The position numbers and the translations under genes were made by a program. The notes below the pieces were generated by a model. The model did not search any database and was not told the origin of the DNA. It was given only the letters and a program-made list of their open reading frames with translations. From Phaeosaccion multiseriatum (Eukaryota; Protista; Ochrophyta, other classes): DNA of 64,000 nt. Where the stretch lies: contig OZ218950.1 in NCBI GenBank assembly GCA_965112735.1, positions 5,518,001-5,582,000 of the forward strand, read 5' to 3'. Positions 35,467-48,313 of this stretch are shown here, in pieces; positions within the stretch are counted from its first letter, which is position 1, and every line of letters begins with the position of its first letter.

Positions 35467-38400
35467 TCAGTCGAGGTCTTGCTGCCCGAAGGTCTCTTGC
35501 CACACCTCCTCCATCTCTGTCTCGAGCTCGTACGCTGCCTTGATGAGCCCGCCCCTCCAACAGGCCCGAATGGCGGCCTTGTAGCAGTACGGGTCCGGCA
35601 CGAGCCCGTCCGTCTTCATCTCCTCCATGATGGCCGAGGCCTTGTCCGCCTCTGAGGCCTTGGCGCACATGGCCAGAGCACTGCGGTAACACGCCGCGTT
35701 GGGCAGCACCCTCGCCACCTTCATGGCTTCGAAGATGAGAAAGGCCTTGTCGTGCTCCCTCGCCCACGCGGATGCGTTCATAGCAGCGCTGGGGGGGGGC
35801 ACGGGGCATGGTGTGCGAGGGCATGGGGTAGGCTTTAGTATTGTTGCTTCAGTAAAGAAAGAAAGGCACACATTGAGCTCTCCGACTACAAAAAGCCATA
35901 CCAAAAGCTGAATTGGTCAGGCGAGAGTCCAGCGTCGTGCATCTCCCCCAGTAGCAGGCTGGCGCGCACGCTGTACTTCTGTTGGACAGGGAAGACATTC
36001 GAATCGGCAGGGGGCGTAGTAGGGTATTGCGGTGCTGTGAGACTTTGGCGCACGCAAAAAGCCCACGAGCACGCAACGACCCCACTCCCCCCCGGGTGTT
36101 GAAGACGGAGGGCGCGATGGATGGATGGATGGGTCGATCAGGGGGGGCACGGGGCCCAACACGGGGCCCAACAAGGAGCGCATCATTATCGCCAGTTTCA
36201 GTTTCGCCTGCGTCTCCGCCGCTCTGTACTCGCCACCTTTCATCATCACCCCCGTTCCTCACCTTCCTCACGTCTTCGGGCTGCGAGACCCTGACCTTCT
36301 GCGCACAAGCGTCGATGACTGTGTTGAAATGCCACACCTTTTTGGGCAGGGTGGGTGTGTTTCGGTGTGGGAGGCAACGACATGAGACGAATGAGCATCG
36401 CAAGAGACGGAGGAACAAGCTGCTCAAATCATCATTCATCGCAAGAGACGGAGAGGAACAAGCTGCTCAAATCATCATTCATCGCAAGAGACGGAGGAAC
36501 AAGCTGCTCAAATCATCATTCATCCGCGCAGCAGCAGCAGGTGCCCCCTCCCTGCCCGCCCCCTCCGCTCCCTCCTACCTGTGGCTCCTTGCCGAGACGC
36601 CTCATGTTGCCCAGGAGCTCCAAGGCCCGCTCAGCGTCTGCGGCCTTGGCACCTGGGGGAGCGGGGTAAAGAGCAGGCCGGAGGAGAGGGGGAGCGGGGA
36701 GGGGCGGATGAGATCGATGTTCTTAACCCTACAATTGTATTCAATCACCTGCACCTCTCAAGCGCGCTCCTTCTTCCCTCCTTCCTCACTCACATGCTTT
36801 CAGGGCGGCTCCGTAGCTCGCATCGGTCGGTTCGAGGCCTCTGTGGAACATTTCGGTCAGGAGCGAAAACGCCGCCTGCAGGGCATTCACGCACAGCACA
36901 ACAGAGGGGGGGGGGGGGGGTTTAGAGCCAACAGGCCCAGCCAGAAGATAACACCAACCACTAGTTATGTGCGTTGTTGGGGCCCGCAAGGGTCAGGACG
37001 CCCAAGATGCCTCACCGTGAAATCCCCACACTCTGCGCATGAATCCATGGCGACGTTGAAGCAAATCTCCTTGGGCTCCACCCCCGCCTCGTCCAGACTC
37101 TTGAGGAAGTCCAACGCTGCCGCTGCATTTCTGTCGCTGGAGATGGTCGAAGAACAAGTGCAGCGCCGAAGAACAATTACACCACTGGGGTTACACAACA
37201 AGCCCTGGGGCCCACTCCCCTCATTCAAACTCCAGTCACCACGTCTTACCTTGAGCGGTCAGTCCTTTTGGAGAACGCAAAGGACCTCAGCGCAGCACTG
37301 AGAGAGATTGAGAGAGGGAGAGAGAGAGAGGGAAGGGGGTGATGAGCAGGTGAGGAGGAGGAGGAGCCGCGACACTGCATACACACACAAAAGAAGGTGC
37401 TACAGGAGTGGGACAGGCAGCCACACCAACCTGTAGCAGTGGTTGTTCGGGGTCACTCCTTCTCGCTGCATACCAGCCAGCAAGGTCGTGGCGAGCGTTT
37501 CGTCCCCAGAGACTGCGCAAGCGTTGATTGCAGTTCCGTAGCAGTAAACGTCCTGACGGGGTGGGAGGGAGAGCGTAACTGTGTGCAAAGCACTCACGAG
37601 GACCAGCCTATTCCACAGCCCCACAAAGCCTTAGGATAAGACGCTGTGCACCCACGGAAAGCACCCTCGGCCATGCCTCACACACACACACACACATGAC
37701 CACTTACTGGGGTGAGTCCCGCTTCAAGCATCTCCTCGAGTAAGCTCAGGGCGAGCGTCGGCTTACCCGCCCTCGCACATGCATCCATCGCCGTGCCATA
37801 CACGACGAGGTTAGGAGTCACTCCCGTGGCCTCCATGTCATCAAGCAGCGCCAGCGCCCTGTCAGCAGCAAGACGGGTCAGGGGCTATTCTTCCCTCACT
37901 ACTGGCCTTCCTCCCTATTCAATTTACCTGTTCGCGTCCCCCAGCAGTGCGCACGCGTGTATGGCGTGCCCATAGGAATACACATCCATGCTCACACCTG
38001 CGCACAGAAAGACCAGAAAGACCGGCAGCGAGAGAGAGAGAGTACGCCACGCTCGAGTTCAGATAGATTCTCACAAAAACACGCCCAATGGTGACAACTT
38101 GACCCACCCTCCCCCCCCCCCGGCAGGAAGCCATGAAGCGACAGACCTCAGGCCGATCAAAATGCCATGCACCTATCCCGGTCGTACCTCTCGACGTCAT
38201 CTCATGAAGCACCACATCGAGGGCCTGCTGCGGCTGCCCAGCGGAGATGAAGGCCTGCAGCAAGGTGTTGTAATTCACTACGGTGAGCTTCAGACCCCGT
38301 GCGGCTTTCCGATTCACCATCGCTGCTGCATCCAAAGGTCTGCGCGAGAAGATTGGAGAAGGGGTTCGAGGGGAGGTTGGGGAGGGGTTGTTGAAAAGGG

Positions 38401-41265
38401 TCTGTTAGAGAGAGAGAGTGTGTGTGTGTGTGTGCGCGTGTGTGTGCGTCCATGGCTCATCGCACGTACCTTCCAAGGCACGCCAGCGCTGCCACCGCAC
38501 AGTCGTAAGTGGAGCCGTCGAAGGCCAGGCTGCTCTGTCCCATGAGCGTCACCAGCTTCAGCACGTCCTCCGGTCTGTGGCCCTCGAGCAGGGCATGAAG
38601 ACCGGGATTCAATGCTTCCACAGCCACCTACGAGGAATCGTAGCAGCGTGTGGGCACGTTCAGAGTTAATCCAAGATGAAATGTCGAGCCGAGTCGGACC
38701 TCCGCCCGCCTTGTCTATATTTCTGTCTTTCTGTCTTTCTACCCCAGCCCCGAGGGTACCATCTTACCTTTGCTCCATCGGCCTGTGCCTGCTCGAACAC
38801 TGTGGCCACGTCATCAACGCGGTGCGACAGCCCACACAGCCGCAGCACAGCGTTGTAGCAGTAGCTGGAGGTGCCAGGGGGGGGGGGTGGGGGGCAAGGA
38901 AGGGAGTCAGGAACGGCTAAACCCTCACCCTTACCACGCAAGAGGGAAGGAGCTGCCAGGACACACAAGCCGCGTGAGGAGGCAACAGGTCCGCTCGTGT
39001 TGCCGGGGGAAGCCCGACGCTTAGAGAGCAGAGAGCCAGTCAGTCGGAGTCGTCGAAGAGTGCCAGCCCTCCACGATCTCCTCTCACCTGTTGGGGCGCG
39101 GACCAGCCGGGCCTGCATCTTTCATCTCCTGCAACAGGGCCAGCCCCTTGTCACACAGCGCTTCGCACTTGTCCTTATGCCCGTGGCCGTCCCCCTTCCC
39201 CTGTCGCTCCTTTCTGGCTGCTTTCCTCCGCTCAGCCAGCAGCGACTCAGCCAGGCCGTGAATGACGGTCCCATATGAAACGGCGTCGGTACTCAGCCCT
39301 CTGCTCGCCATCTCCCTTAGCAAATCCAAGGCCTTCTGTGTCTGCCCCCCCCGCACACACGCATTCATCGCTGCATTGTACGTCACAACAGTCGGCTTGG
39401 TGATCTTCGTCACCTCCGCCAAGGTCCCCGCCGCCGCCGGAGCGCTCTCCTTGGCGTCTGCAAGGTCAGGCGTATCCCACATGTCCTTTAGCAGGGCCAG
39501 CGCATCGTCCACCCTTCCTTCTCTTGCGCAAGCCCTCATGGCTGCATTATAGCTCACTTCATCGGCACCCCCCCCCCCTCCCTCCCGTATCATGTCGAGG
39601 ACGTCCAGCGCTCTCGACGCGTCTTCCTCGCAGGCAAGAATGGCGATATTGTACAAACCCCGGCCTGGATTCGGTACATCTTTGATCTGTGGAGGGAAGA
39701 AAGGCGGGGGAGATGTGGATGATATCATGCCTTGCTCTGAGTGGCAAGGTCATCTCAATGCTTTTCCTCACCCCGCCCAGCAAAGCCTTCTCGAGAGCTC
39801 ACACCTCCGGCCGACCGTCTCCCTCTTCCTCCCACTCACCAGCCAATCGAACACCATCATGACGTCCTGCAGCCTCCCCCGTTTATACATGGCCTTGACC
39901 ACAGCAGTGTAGCACTTCTTGGTGGGCGTTACGCCCCTCTCCCTAAGCTCCGTCAGCAGCCCCTTGGCCTCCGTCACTTCTCGATTGCTGCAAAGAGTTT
40001 GAACGAGGAGTAGAGCGTTCTAAAATTGAGACTGCATACAGTACACGATAATCCAGACAACGTATTGCTGACCTACCTGGCCTTGACCATTTCCTTAATC
40101 ACGCTCTCGTACGCCATCCCCATTGGCGGCAGGCCGGCATCTCGCGCCTCTCTCAGTAGAGCGAGCGCCTTCCGCCTATTGTTGATCCGCGTAAAGGCCA
40201 ATATGGCTGCCTGGTACAGAGCTGGTCTAGGATCCTCTTCTGATACAAGACGAGAAACAATACATACACACAAACACACACGATTAGATTAGAAGAGCCG
40301 GACGACGACTGAGGAGGACCATGCTCGCCCTCGCCATCGTATCGTCCCATCGCACCTCCTTCTTGTCGGTACCCGGCTCGCAAAACGTCTCTCAGGAGGC
40401 CTTCCACCTCGTGCGCCATACCAGCTTTGGAGCAGAGAGTGGCGCAGCGCACGATATCCTCCGATGAAAGGCGCACCCCGCCCCCCATCATGCCCTTGAC
40501 CAGCTTGAGCAGAGCCTTGGGGTTTCCCAGCAAGACGGCCGCATCGATTTCTGAAGCGTTCAAGTGCGTGGAATGCTGTGGCTGCTGCGGCTGCTGTGGC
40601 TGCTGCTGCTCCTGATGACGAAACTGGACAGGCTTTCCCCGTTCCAGTTTCTCCTGCTGCATTGGCCCTGGAGCCTCCAGCTCAAGGTCGGTCGCTCTCG
40701 GCAGGTGCCACATGCGAGAAGAAGAGCAAGCGCCCACCGGGAATAATAGCGAGGTCCTGCTACCTCCACTGCTAACAGCGCTGCTGCTGCTACTCCTCAT
40801 CCTGCGACCAGAGTTCCTCCGGGCGACGCCGTAGGTCCTGAAAGGACGGCGGTTGCCGCTTCTGTCGCTGGTGCCAGAAGCAGAAGCGACGGCATTGGTC
40901 ATCGATAAGTCCCTCCCCCCGATCTCCAATTGGCGCACCCGGTAAAGTCGCTCTGCAACCCTCCTCGCCTGATCCTGCCCCTGTCCAATCTCCAGCTGCT
41001 TGATGGCCTCCAAGCAGCCCTCTCCTTGTGTTCGGCTCGCCAGCAGCGATGCAGCCACTCGTGCTTTGTCCTCGAGACCGTTCCCATCTCTAGTACTGGG
41101 CCGTGCCCGCACGCGCCTTCCTCTACAACCCAAGCCACCTCTGCCCCCTTGCCTCTCTAGGGCAGAGGCCTCTCTGCATGGAGGCGGCGGCAGGAGCGCT
41201 TGGTGTGCAAAACAAACAAATCTGCTCGCCTGAGAATAGGCTGGTCCAGGGAAAGATAAAGGCAT
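35467..41265 (-). CDS. Pentatricopeptide-repeat (PPR) protein, large multi-exon; start uncertain
   Basis: Many PPR motifs: 'VSYNAAMRACAREGRVDDALALLKDM', 'PTVVTYNAAMNACVRGGQTQKALDLLREMASRGLSTDAVSYGTVIHGL', 'DVYCYGTAINACAVSG', 'VPDPYCYKAAIRACWRGG'. Confidence 0.88.
36396..36524. repeat. 41-43-bp tandem repeat x3 (CATCGCAAGAGACGGAGGAACAAGCTGCTCAAATCATCATT) in PPR intron
   Basis: Three near-identical adjacent copies with no spacers. Confidence 0.92.
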
Positions 41266-41380
41266 AGCCAGTCGTATTCGTCCTAAGCAGCATCAGCACG
41301 TCGTTGCTCCTGCAAAACAAGGCGGGATGACGGAGGAGGAGGCCGTCTACTGCCATCTCATCTATTCCACGTCCGTCTCT

Positions 41381-44252
41381 ATGTCAATGAATACCCCTCC
41401 GGCCCACGTCCCCGTTCACGCGATCAGCGCTTTTTTGCAAACCATGGCAGCAGCAGGGATAGCCACTGCTCTCCTCTGCGGGGTGGGGGCGCATCTGAGC
41501 TCGAAGTTCGGCTCTGTGGACGAGGTATGGCAAGCATCCAAGGCCTTTCCTGAGCAGGACTCGTCTGTGCAAGGCGGATTTGTGATGGTTGTCCTGGCAT
41601 CCCTCTACCTGTTGGTTAAGGTACGAGCAATGAGCTGATCAGAGAAGGGCCGACTTTGCACTAACTGACGAGGGAGTGCGTGTATCACCAGGCCTTCATA
41701 TGTTGCTCTCCTGCCCCCTTCCACCCCTCTCATTTACGAGTCCTTTTCCCTGCTATTGCTGTCCCGCGACTCCTGTCGCTGCTGCTGCCGCTGCAACTGA
41801 TTCCGACTCTGCTCTCCCCCGTGCAGATACCATGCAGCCTGCTGTACGACTCAGACCCGCTGGCCAGGACTTGGGACTTCTTCATGACCTTCACACGGCA
41901 GGAGAAAAAGAGAGGCATCGAGGTAGGGAGTGAGTCGAAGGGTCTCGACGCTCAGAGGGTGAAGAGCATGCGGGGTGAGGGTAAAGGCAAGAGGAAGGGC
42001 TTGGAAGAAGTCATGGTCGTTTGCAGGCGAGAGGAGAGCTCAACGACCTTTGCACGTGTCCCCCCAGGTGAACTCCTGGATTGACGAGTACAACGATATG
42101 CACGACGATGGAAAGACCAGTACGACAGAGCGCGAGACCAAGTATAAGACGGTGAGAAGTAGTGGGAGGAAGAGATCTTTTTTTGCGCATATAGTGGCAC
42201 GAAGAAGAGCGAGCATGGCCCGTAGTAACCCTTGGTGCGCCCTACCCTCCGTCCTCCGTCGTCGTGAACATGATATGCCCGTTTCCTCGGTGATGCTGAA
42301 GCTCGTGAACGCGTACTACGAGTTGGCCACGCTATTCTACGAGTGGGGCTGGGGCACGTCATTCCACTTTGCCGACAGAAGGAAAGGGGAATCATTCGCG
42401 CAGTCCATTAAGCGCCATGAGTACTACCTGGCGGGGAGGCTGGCGGTATCGAGGGGGGCCAAGGTGAGAGGACCAGAGGGAGGTTGAAGCGCCAGGGCCT
42501 CCACCCATCCCCTCCTCCGTACACTACCATCTGCTGCTACTGGTGCATATCTCCCCTCCGTGCTCAGGTTCTGGATTGCGGTTGTGGCATTGGTGGGCCC
42601 TACCGTAACATCGCAGAGTTCACCGGAGCAGACGTGACGGGAATCACTCTAAACGAGTACCAAGTGAACCGAGCCAACGAGCTCAACAAGTTGGCAGGCA
42701 TAGATGGTCAAGTGCGCTCCGTTCAAGGGGACTTCATGAAGCTTCCATTCAAGGAGGTCAGTACCAAGCTCCCCTCTTCTGCTACAGCTAGCTTACACCA
42801 GCGAGAGACGGGGCTTCACCACGAATCTAGCAAGTGTTGATCTCCTGTGTCGCTCTGCTCATGCTCTCTCCTTTACCCGTTTGTGCGTGCATTAGGGGAC
42901 TTTCGATGGTGTTTATGCCATCGAAGCAACGTGCCACGCCCCCAGGCGAGAAGGCGTCTACTCGGAGATCTACCGAGTGCTCAAGCCGGGATGTACCTTT
43001 GCCCTCTACGAGTGGTGCTTAACTGACAAGTAAGCACGCGTTTCCGTCTTGTGAGGATTGTGTGCACATGACCCGATGGTGATGATGGTCGTGAAGTGCA
43101 AGGACGGGTACTTGGCAAGGACGGCGCATATCTAATCAATGGCCGGGAGGGGTTCTGTGGATCGAGCCCCCTCCCGACTACCTCTTACCGCAGCTGTCCG
43201 GCCTTTGGTGATGCTTCTTTTGTCCCTGTCGTGCTGGTGATGTTGGTTTATCCCCTGTCTTTGACTCGTCTGTCCACCAAGGTACGACGCAGACAATGAG
43301 AGCCACCGCCTCATCAAGAAGCAGATCGAGGAGGGAGACGGCCTGCCTGACATGTGCGGCCCTCCCGCCATCGTCGCCGCACTCGAGGCCGTAGGTTTTG
43401 AGGTTACAGAAACAAGAGGTGCGTTTCTACATGTGTCCAGAAGGGGGCAGAGACTGGAATACGGGAAAGCAGTCAGTCGTATCACGTCGTTCCTCCTCCC
43501 TGATTCGTCTCCCACCCACGTGTGATTCATACCCCGCTGAATCCTCCTGTACTGTGGTATTCGTGTCCATGGTCCATCATCCCCACCACGATCCGAAACA
43601 CAGACATGGCGCTTGACCCCAACCCCGGAGGCATCCCCTGGTACCAGCCCCTCACCCCGTCCTGGAACCCCTTTACTCAGCGCTTCCAATTCACGGCCTT
43701 CGGCATGGCGCTGACCAAGTGCGTATTGTGGGTCATGGAGGCAATGCGGTTAGCACCAGCAGGGACGTACAAGGTAAGGGGTGAGGAGGTTGTAACGGCT
43801 TCTCTTTCGTATGTCTGAAGAGGAGAGGGGAGTGTTGTGTGGGGTTGTGTGTTCCTGCGTGCTTTGGGCCTTTCTTTTGTCCCTGTTTCCTCGTCCACGC
43901 TATGCCCACGGCCCCTTCACGCCCTCTCTTACCCTTGACTTGTGTACACATTCTACAAATGCCCCGTGGTGCCATTTCCCCGCAGGTCCAAGGAATGCTA
44001 CAGCAAGGAGGCATCGGATGTGCACAGGGGGGACTCACAGGCAAGCAGACAAGCTGTCAAGCCTGTATTTGTGGGTGTGCGAGTCCGCCTGCAAGCCTTT
44101 CGTATCCTGTCTAGAGAGGAAAGCTTCCCGCCTGCTCAAACGACGAAGGAAACTGACACATGTGCGATTCCCCCTTGCCTTGCCGCGCCCTCCTACCTCC
44201 AGGCACCTTCACACCCATGTTCTTGGCTGTGGTACAGAAGCCTCTGGCGTGA
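41381..44252 (+). CDS. SMT1: Sterol 24-C-methyltransferase (SMT1/ERG6 family), multi-exon
   Basis: Motifs '[20 protein letters not shown]', 'IKRHEYYLA', '[16 protein letters not shown]', '[10 protein letters not shown]', 'IYRVLKPG...YEW', 'IEEGDGLPD' and '[14 protein letters not shown]'. The start could be 41381 or a slightly downstream ATG. Confidence 0.95.
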
Positions 44253-44428
44253 AACTCTGCCTGCCGTTCGGCGAGGTTAAAGTAACAACGAAGCGCCAAG
44301 TTTTTAAGCGTCATTTAAGAGTCGGCCCGGATACTTGGGCTCTCGGCCCAATGGGCAATGTTCCAATGGTTTACATGCAATGTGTTTCAAATATTTCGGC
44401 TGAATTGATGAGCGAGCACTGCTCCAAA

Positions 44429-45054
44429 CTATGCTGCTCCGATCTTCTTGGCCCATTTCTTCTTCTTCTTGTCCTTCTTTCGGACCTCCTTGATGTCCCT
44501 CTCTTTCCAGCTGCTCTTCAGCACCCTCATTGGGCGACTCCCGAGGTAGGCGCCTAGATGAAGGTCACAACACGCGTCGAATCAAGAGGAGAGAGACTTG
44601 AGGAAGGGAGGAAGGAGTGGGGAAGGGAGACAAAAGAGGACTGACTGACTCACCATTCATTTCCCGAACCGCCTTGAGCATCTCGAAACCGTCGAGGAAA
44701 CTCACAAAGCCGTAGCCTTTGCTCTTGCGCGTGGCCGCATCGCGCACAATCTTGGCCTTGGCGAAGCTCTTGTACTTGCCCTTGAACACATTCGCAAGCT
44801 CGTTGTCGGTCGTCTGCAAGAGCGAGGAGGGGCAAGAGGGAGGGTAGAGTCAGGGAAGTCGTATGTGGCATCAACAACATGAGTGCACAAGATGCCGTGC
44901 CCTCCAGCCCCTCGGCCCCCGGTAGTGCGTACTTACTTCATTGCCAATGTCCCCAACGAAGACTCGAAAGTCGTTTTCGGGCCACTCCGCTAGTGACTTG
45001 TCTTCCCACACCTTCCCCCCTGCCATCCGAAGACACTTCTTTTTAGCCCCTTCT

Positions 45055-45096
<42 letters not shown>

Positions 45097-45885
45097 TGCC
45101 TGATCTTCTCCTGCTGCTGTTGCTGTTGCTGTCTAGCCAGGTGCCCTACCCCACCGCCCCACTGCCCGCTTTGACTCGACGCCCCTGCTCCCAACCCGCC
45201 ATTGACAGCCGCACCAGTAGCACCAGCGGCACCACTACCACCTCCACTCCCAGCCGACAAACCTGCAAACCCCACCCGCCCTATAATCTCTTTCATGTCC
45301 CCCCCCTTCAAGCCGCCGAGACCTAAAAGAACACGCGAGCAGCAGAACCACACAGCGTTAGTGTACATCTGTGGACCATGGGCACTTCGAGGCAAGGGAG
45401 ATCAACAGAGACAAACAACGCACAGACTCACCAGCATCGCCGCTCTCCAACCCGTCCTGTCCCTTGAGTCCGACCGAAGCAGCAGGAGCGCCCGCGAGCT
45501 TGGGCTTGCTCTTCACCACTGGGCCTTTCGAAGGCTTGGAAGCAGCAGCCACCACCGACGTCAACGCCACTCGCGCCTTCTTCGGGTCTGGCTCTTCCCC
45601 TGACCCCTTCGCCGCCGCCCCTGCTCCTAGTGCTGGTGTTGGTGGTGATGGTGCTGCTGTAGAAGTTTCTCCTTCTCCTGCTGCTTTTGCCACTGTCGAA
45701 GACACGCCAGGTGTTGGGTCCGCTCCCTGCGTTCCTTCTGCCTCCCTCGCCGCCTCTTCCCGCCCGCGCTTCCTTCCTCCATCAGCTTCCGGCCCCTCAG
45801 CTTCCCCTACAGCAGGCGTGGCGACGGGAGCGGTCTGTTCGATCTCCCCCATGAACTCTGCGAAGAGCGCATCTTCGTCCGCCAT
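44429..45885 (-). CDS. RBM42: RRM RNA-binding protein, RBM42-like
   Basis: 'RMAGGKVWEDKSLAEWPENDFRVFVGDIGNE', 'AKIVRDAATRKSKGYGFVSF', 'MNGAYLGSRPMRVLKSSWKER'. Stop TAG at 44429-44431. Confidence 0.88.
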
Positions 45886-46211
45886 CTTTTCCTTCTTGAG
45901 CTTGGCGATGTGTGAGGGCGATTTTACCGTCTGTTGCCATCTGTTGTTCCTTTTCCCATTTTTCCCTTCTTTGCTTGCTTCCCCCCACTGCTAAAGGCGC
46001 GTGTGGGTACCCGCACTTGTCCCCTCAGTGGAAATCTATACTACTCAAAGGGCGGGGATACCAGGGAAAGGGATCGCACATCAGGTTCGTCTATCGATCC
46101 GTCGATGCACATCTCTCTCCTCTCCTCCCCCCCCCGGTGACACGCGTCTCTAATCAAAGCTCTTCTCTTCTTCCTGTTCTGCCTACTCTTGCGGCTCATG
46201 ACTCAGCAGGG

Positions 46212-48221
46212 ATGGAAGCCATGACGATTATCGTGAGGAGCGTTTACGGAGGCAAAGCGTCCTTGCTGGAGCTTCAGTTACAGGCTCCTCGTGGCGTGAC
46301 GGGCGAGTTTGAGCGGTTGACGGTCGCGTCAGTCAAAGCTGCGATTGAAGAAAGGGCAGCGGCGACACTAATGTCGTCGTGGCCGGCAGAGAGGCAGCGT
46401 ATTATACATAATGGGAGGGTTTGCGACGACGCTCAGGAGCTGGAGGAACTGATCCGGTGTGGCACCAGCGGTGTCGGCGCCGAGGATGGGACACCGCATG
46501 CCCTCACTTTGGACCTTGTTGTGAGGAAACCGAAAGCTTCCGCGATAGTGCGAGCAGACGTTTCGCCAGCACGGCAGGAGACAGCGCGTGCACAGGAGGC
46601 TAGGCGTGCAGCACCCCCTGCAACAGCAGCACCAGCAGCAGAGCCAGCAGCAGAGCCAGCAGCACCGGCAGCAACACCTGTGTCGGAGTCATCCCCAGAC
46701 GGGTCTACTGCGAGTGGAGAGTCTGCAGTATCCAAGCTGCAGGTCTCGGAGCCATCTTTCTCTTTGGGGAAGAGTGAGGGGAGGGACAGCGCCGACCCTC
46801 AGGCACCTCTCTCGTCCTTGGGCGGAGGCGATGTACGAGAGGATGATGGGAAGGCCGAAGGCAGCAACTGGGACGTGGTGTACGAGTACCATCACCAGGT
46901 GAGGGGGGGGGGGCGGATGGATACTCACCTCTCCTGCTTGCTCTTCATGCCGCCTCTGACCCACTCCCAACGCCCTCTGTTCTCATCTCCTGGCGAATGG
47001 CTCTACCCACAGGTGCTGGCTGGATTCTGCACAAGCTTACGCTCTTTCCAGCACTTGGAAGAGGAAGGCAGAAAAGCTATCAGCAGCAGCAGCAGCAGCG
47101 CAGTGCCTCCTCCATTGGCTCAGATGCTGTGGGATGGAGTCGTCGACGCCGCCGCGGAGAAGTTTGCTCGGGGACCGGAGGTGTGGACAGCGGAGTACGT
47201 AGCACCACCGCCGCCAACCTTCCTTGTTGACAATGGAGTAGCTGCCACGTGTGCTGCGTCGGTAGTTGACCCGAAGAATCAAGGCGAAACGGTGAACAGG
47301 GGTCAGGGACAAGCACATCGGCAGCCAACGTCCATTGCGCCCAGGGCGGTGGGGGGGGAGGCTTGGGCGGGAGGGGGCGATGGAAGCACAAGAAATCACG
47401 AACAGGGGTCAGCGGGAGGCGCTGGAGACAGCGCTGCAGACACCCCGGCAGTACATGTGGCAGCAGGGGGAGATGGAAACGTAGAAGTGGTAGCACCGGC
47501 AGCGGAGGAAGCGGAGGAGCCTGGCAATGTTGAGCAGCCTCCAGAAAGGGCGGGGCATGAGCTTCTGAGGAACATGTGGGAGCTGCTAGATCTAAAGCTC
47601 GCTCTGAAGACTGTGCTGCTCGTTCTACTTCTCGGGCAAGACGGGGACCCCAGGAAGCTGACGAAGATCTGCTCAGCAGCGCTCGTGGTGTATCTGATCC
47701 AGACAGGCATCCTTGTATTGCTGGCCCAAGCGGCGATGAAGCCTTTTCAGGCAGGAGCAGCAGACAACGCACAGGTGAGACTCTTTGGAGGGGTTAACTG
47801 GCGCGAGGATCACAGTTCTGTTGTTAAGCGCAGTGGAACAAAGAGGGGCTAGCAGACTGCGCCCCTCGCGCTCTGGAGAGGCATACCATGGGCTGATACC
47901 TTAAGCTGATACCATGAGCTGATCGTGGGACAGAGACGGGAGTTTTATTCATTGTGCACCCTCCACCACCCGTTGCCCTTTCCTCAGGCGGGTGCGCTAC
48001 CTGGGGGAATCGCTGGAATGGGCCTCATTTCTGAAAGCGGAGGCTACGTGGGAGATGTGGCCTACTTCGTATCGTCCTTCTTCCTGTCCGTACTCCCTCC
48101 GTGGTGGCCCCGGGCCTTGCAGGACGTGCTGGCGGAACCTCCCCAGCCGCAGCCGCAGCGAAACCCTGCAGAGCAAGACGCACAAGACCCTGCCATGGAC
48201 ATGCAGCGTGGCATCATGTAG
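46212..48221 (+). CDS. Ubiquitin-like-domain membrane protein, HERP/HERPUD-like (ERAD candidate)
   Basis: N-terminal UBL 'TVASVKAAIEE...WPAERQRIIHNGRVCDDAQEL'. C-terminal hydrophobic 'DLKLALKTVLLVLLLGQDG...LVVYLIQTG' and 'FVSSFFLSVLP'. Confidence 0.72.
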
Positions 48222-48313
48222 CTCGTGTCTTCCTTGTGCCACGCGGGCTTGTATGTGTGAGGAGTCCACACCTGCCCAGACCTCCTCCTGCGCTGATGGT
48301 GTCTTCCTGGCCT

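Noticed and set aside
36396-36524. Three 41-43-bp direct repeats resembling a CRISPR array
   Set aside because: The repeats are contiguous with no unique spacers, lie in a spliceosomal intron, and no cas genes are present. It is a simple tandem duplication.
47880-47925. Short GCTGATACC repeats in the HERP-like intron
   Set aside because: Only ~3 degenerate units, with no TIR or TSD found. Too weak to call an element.
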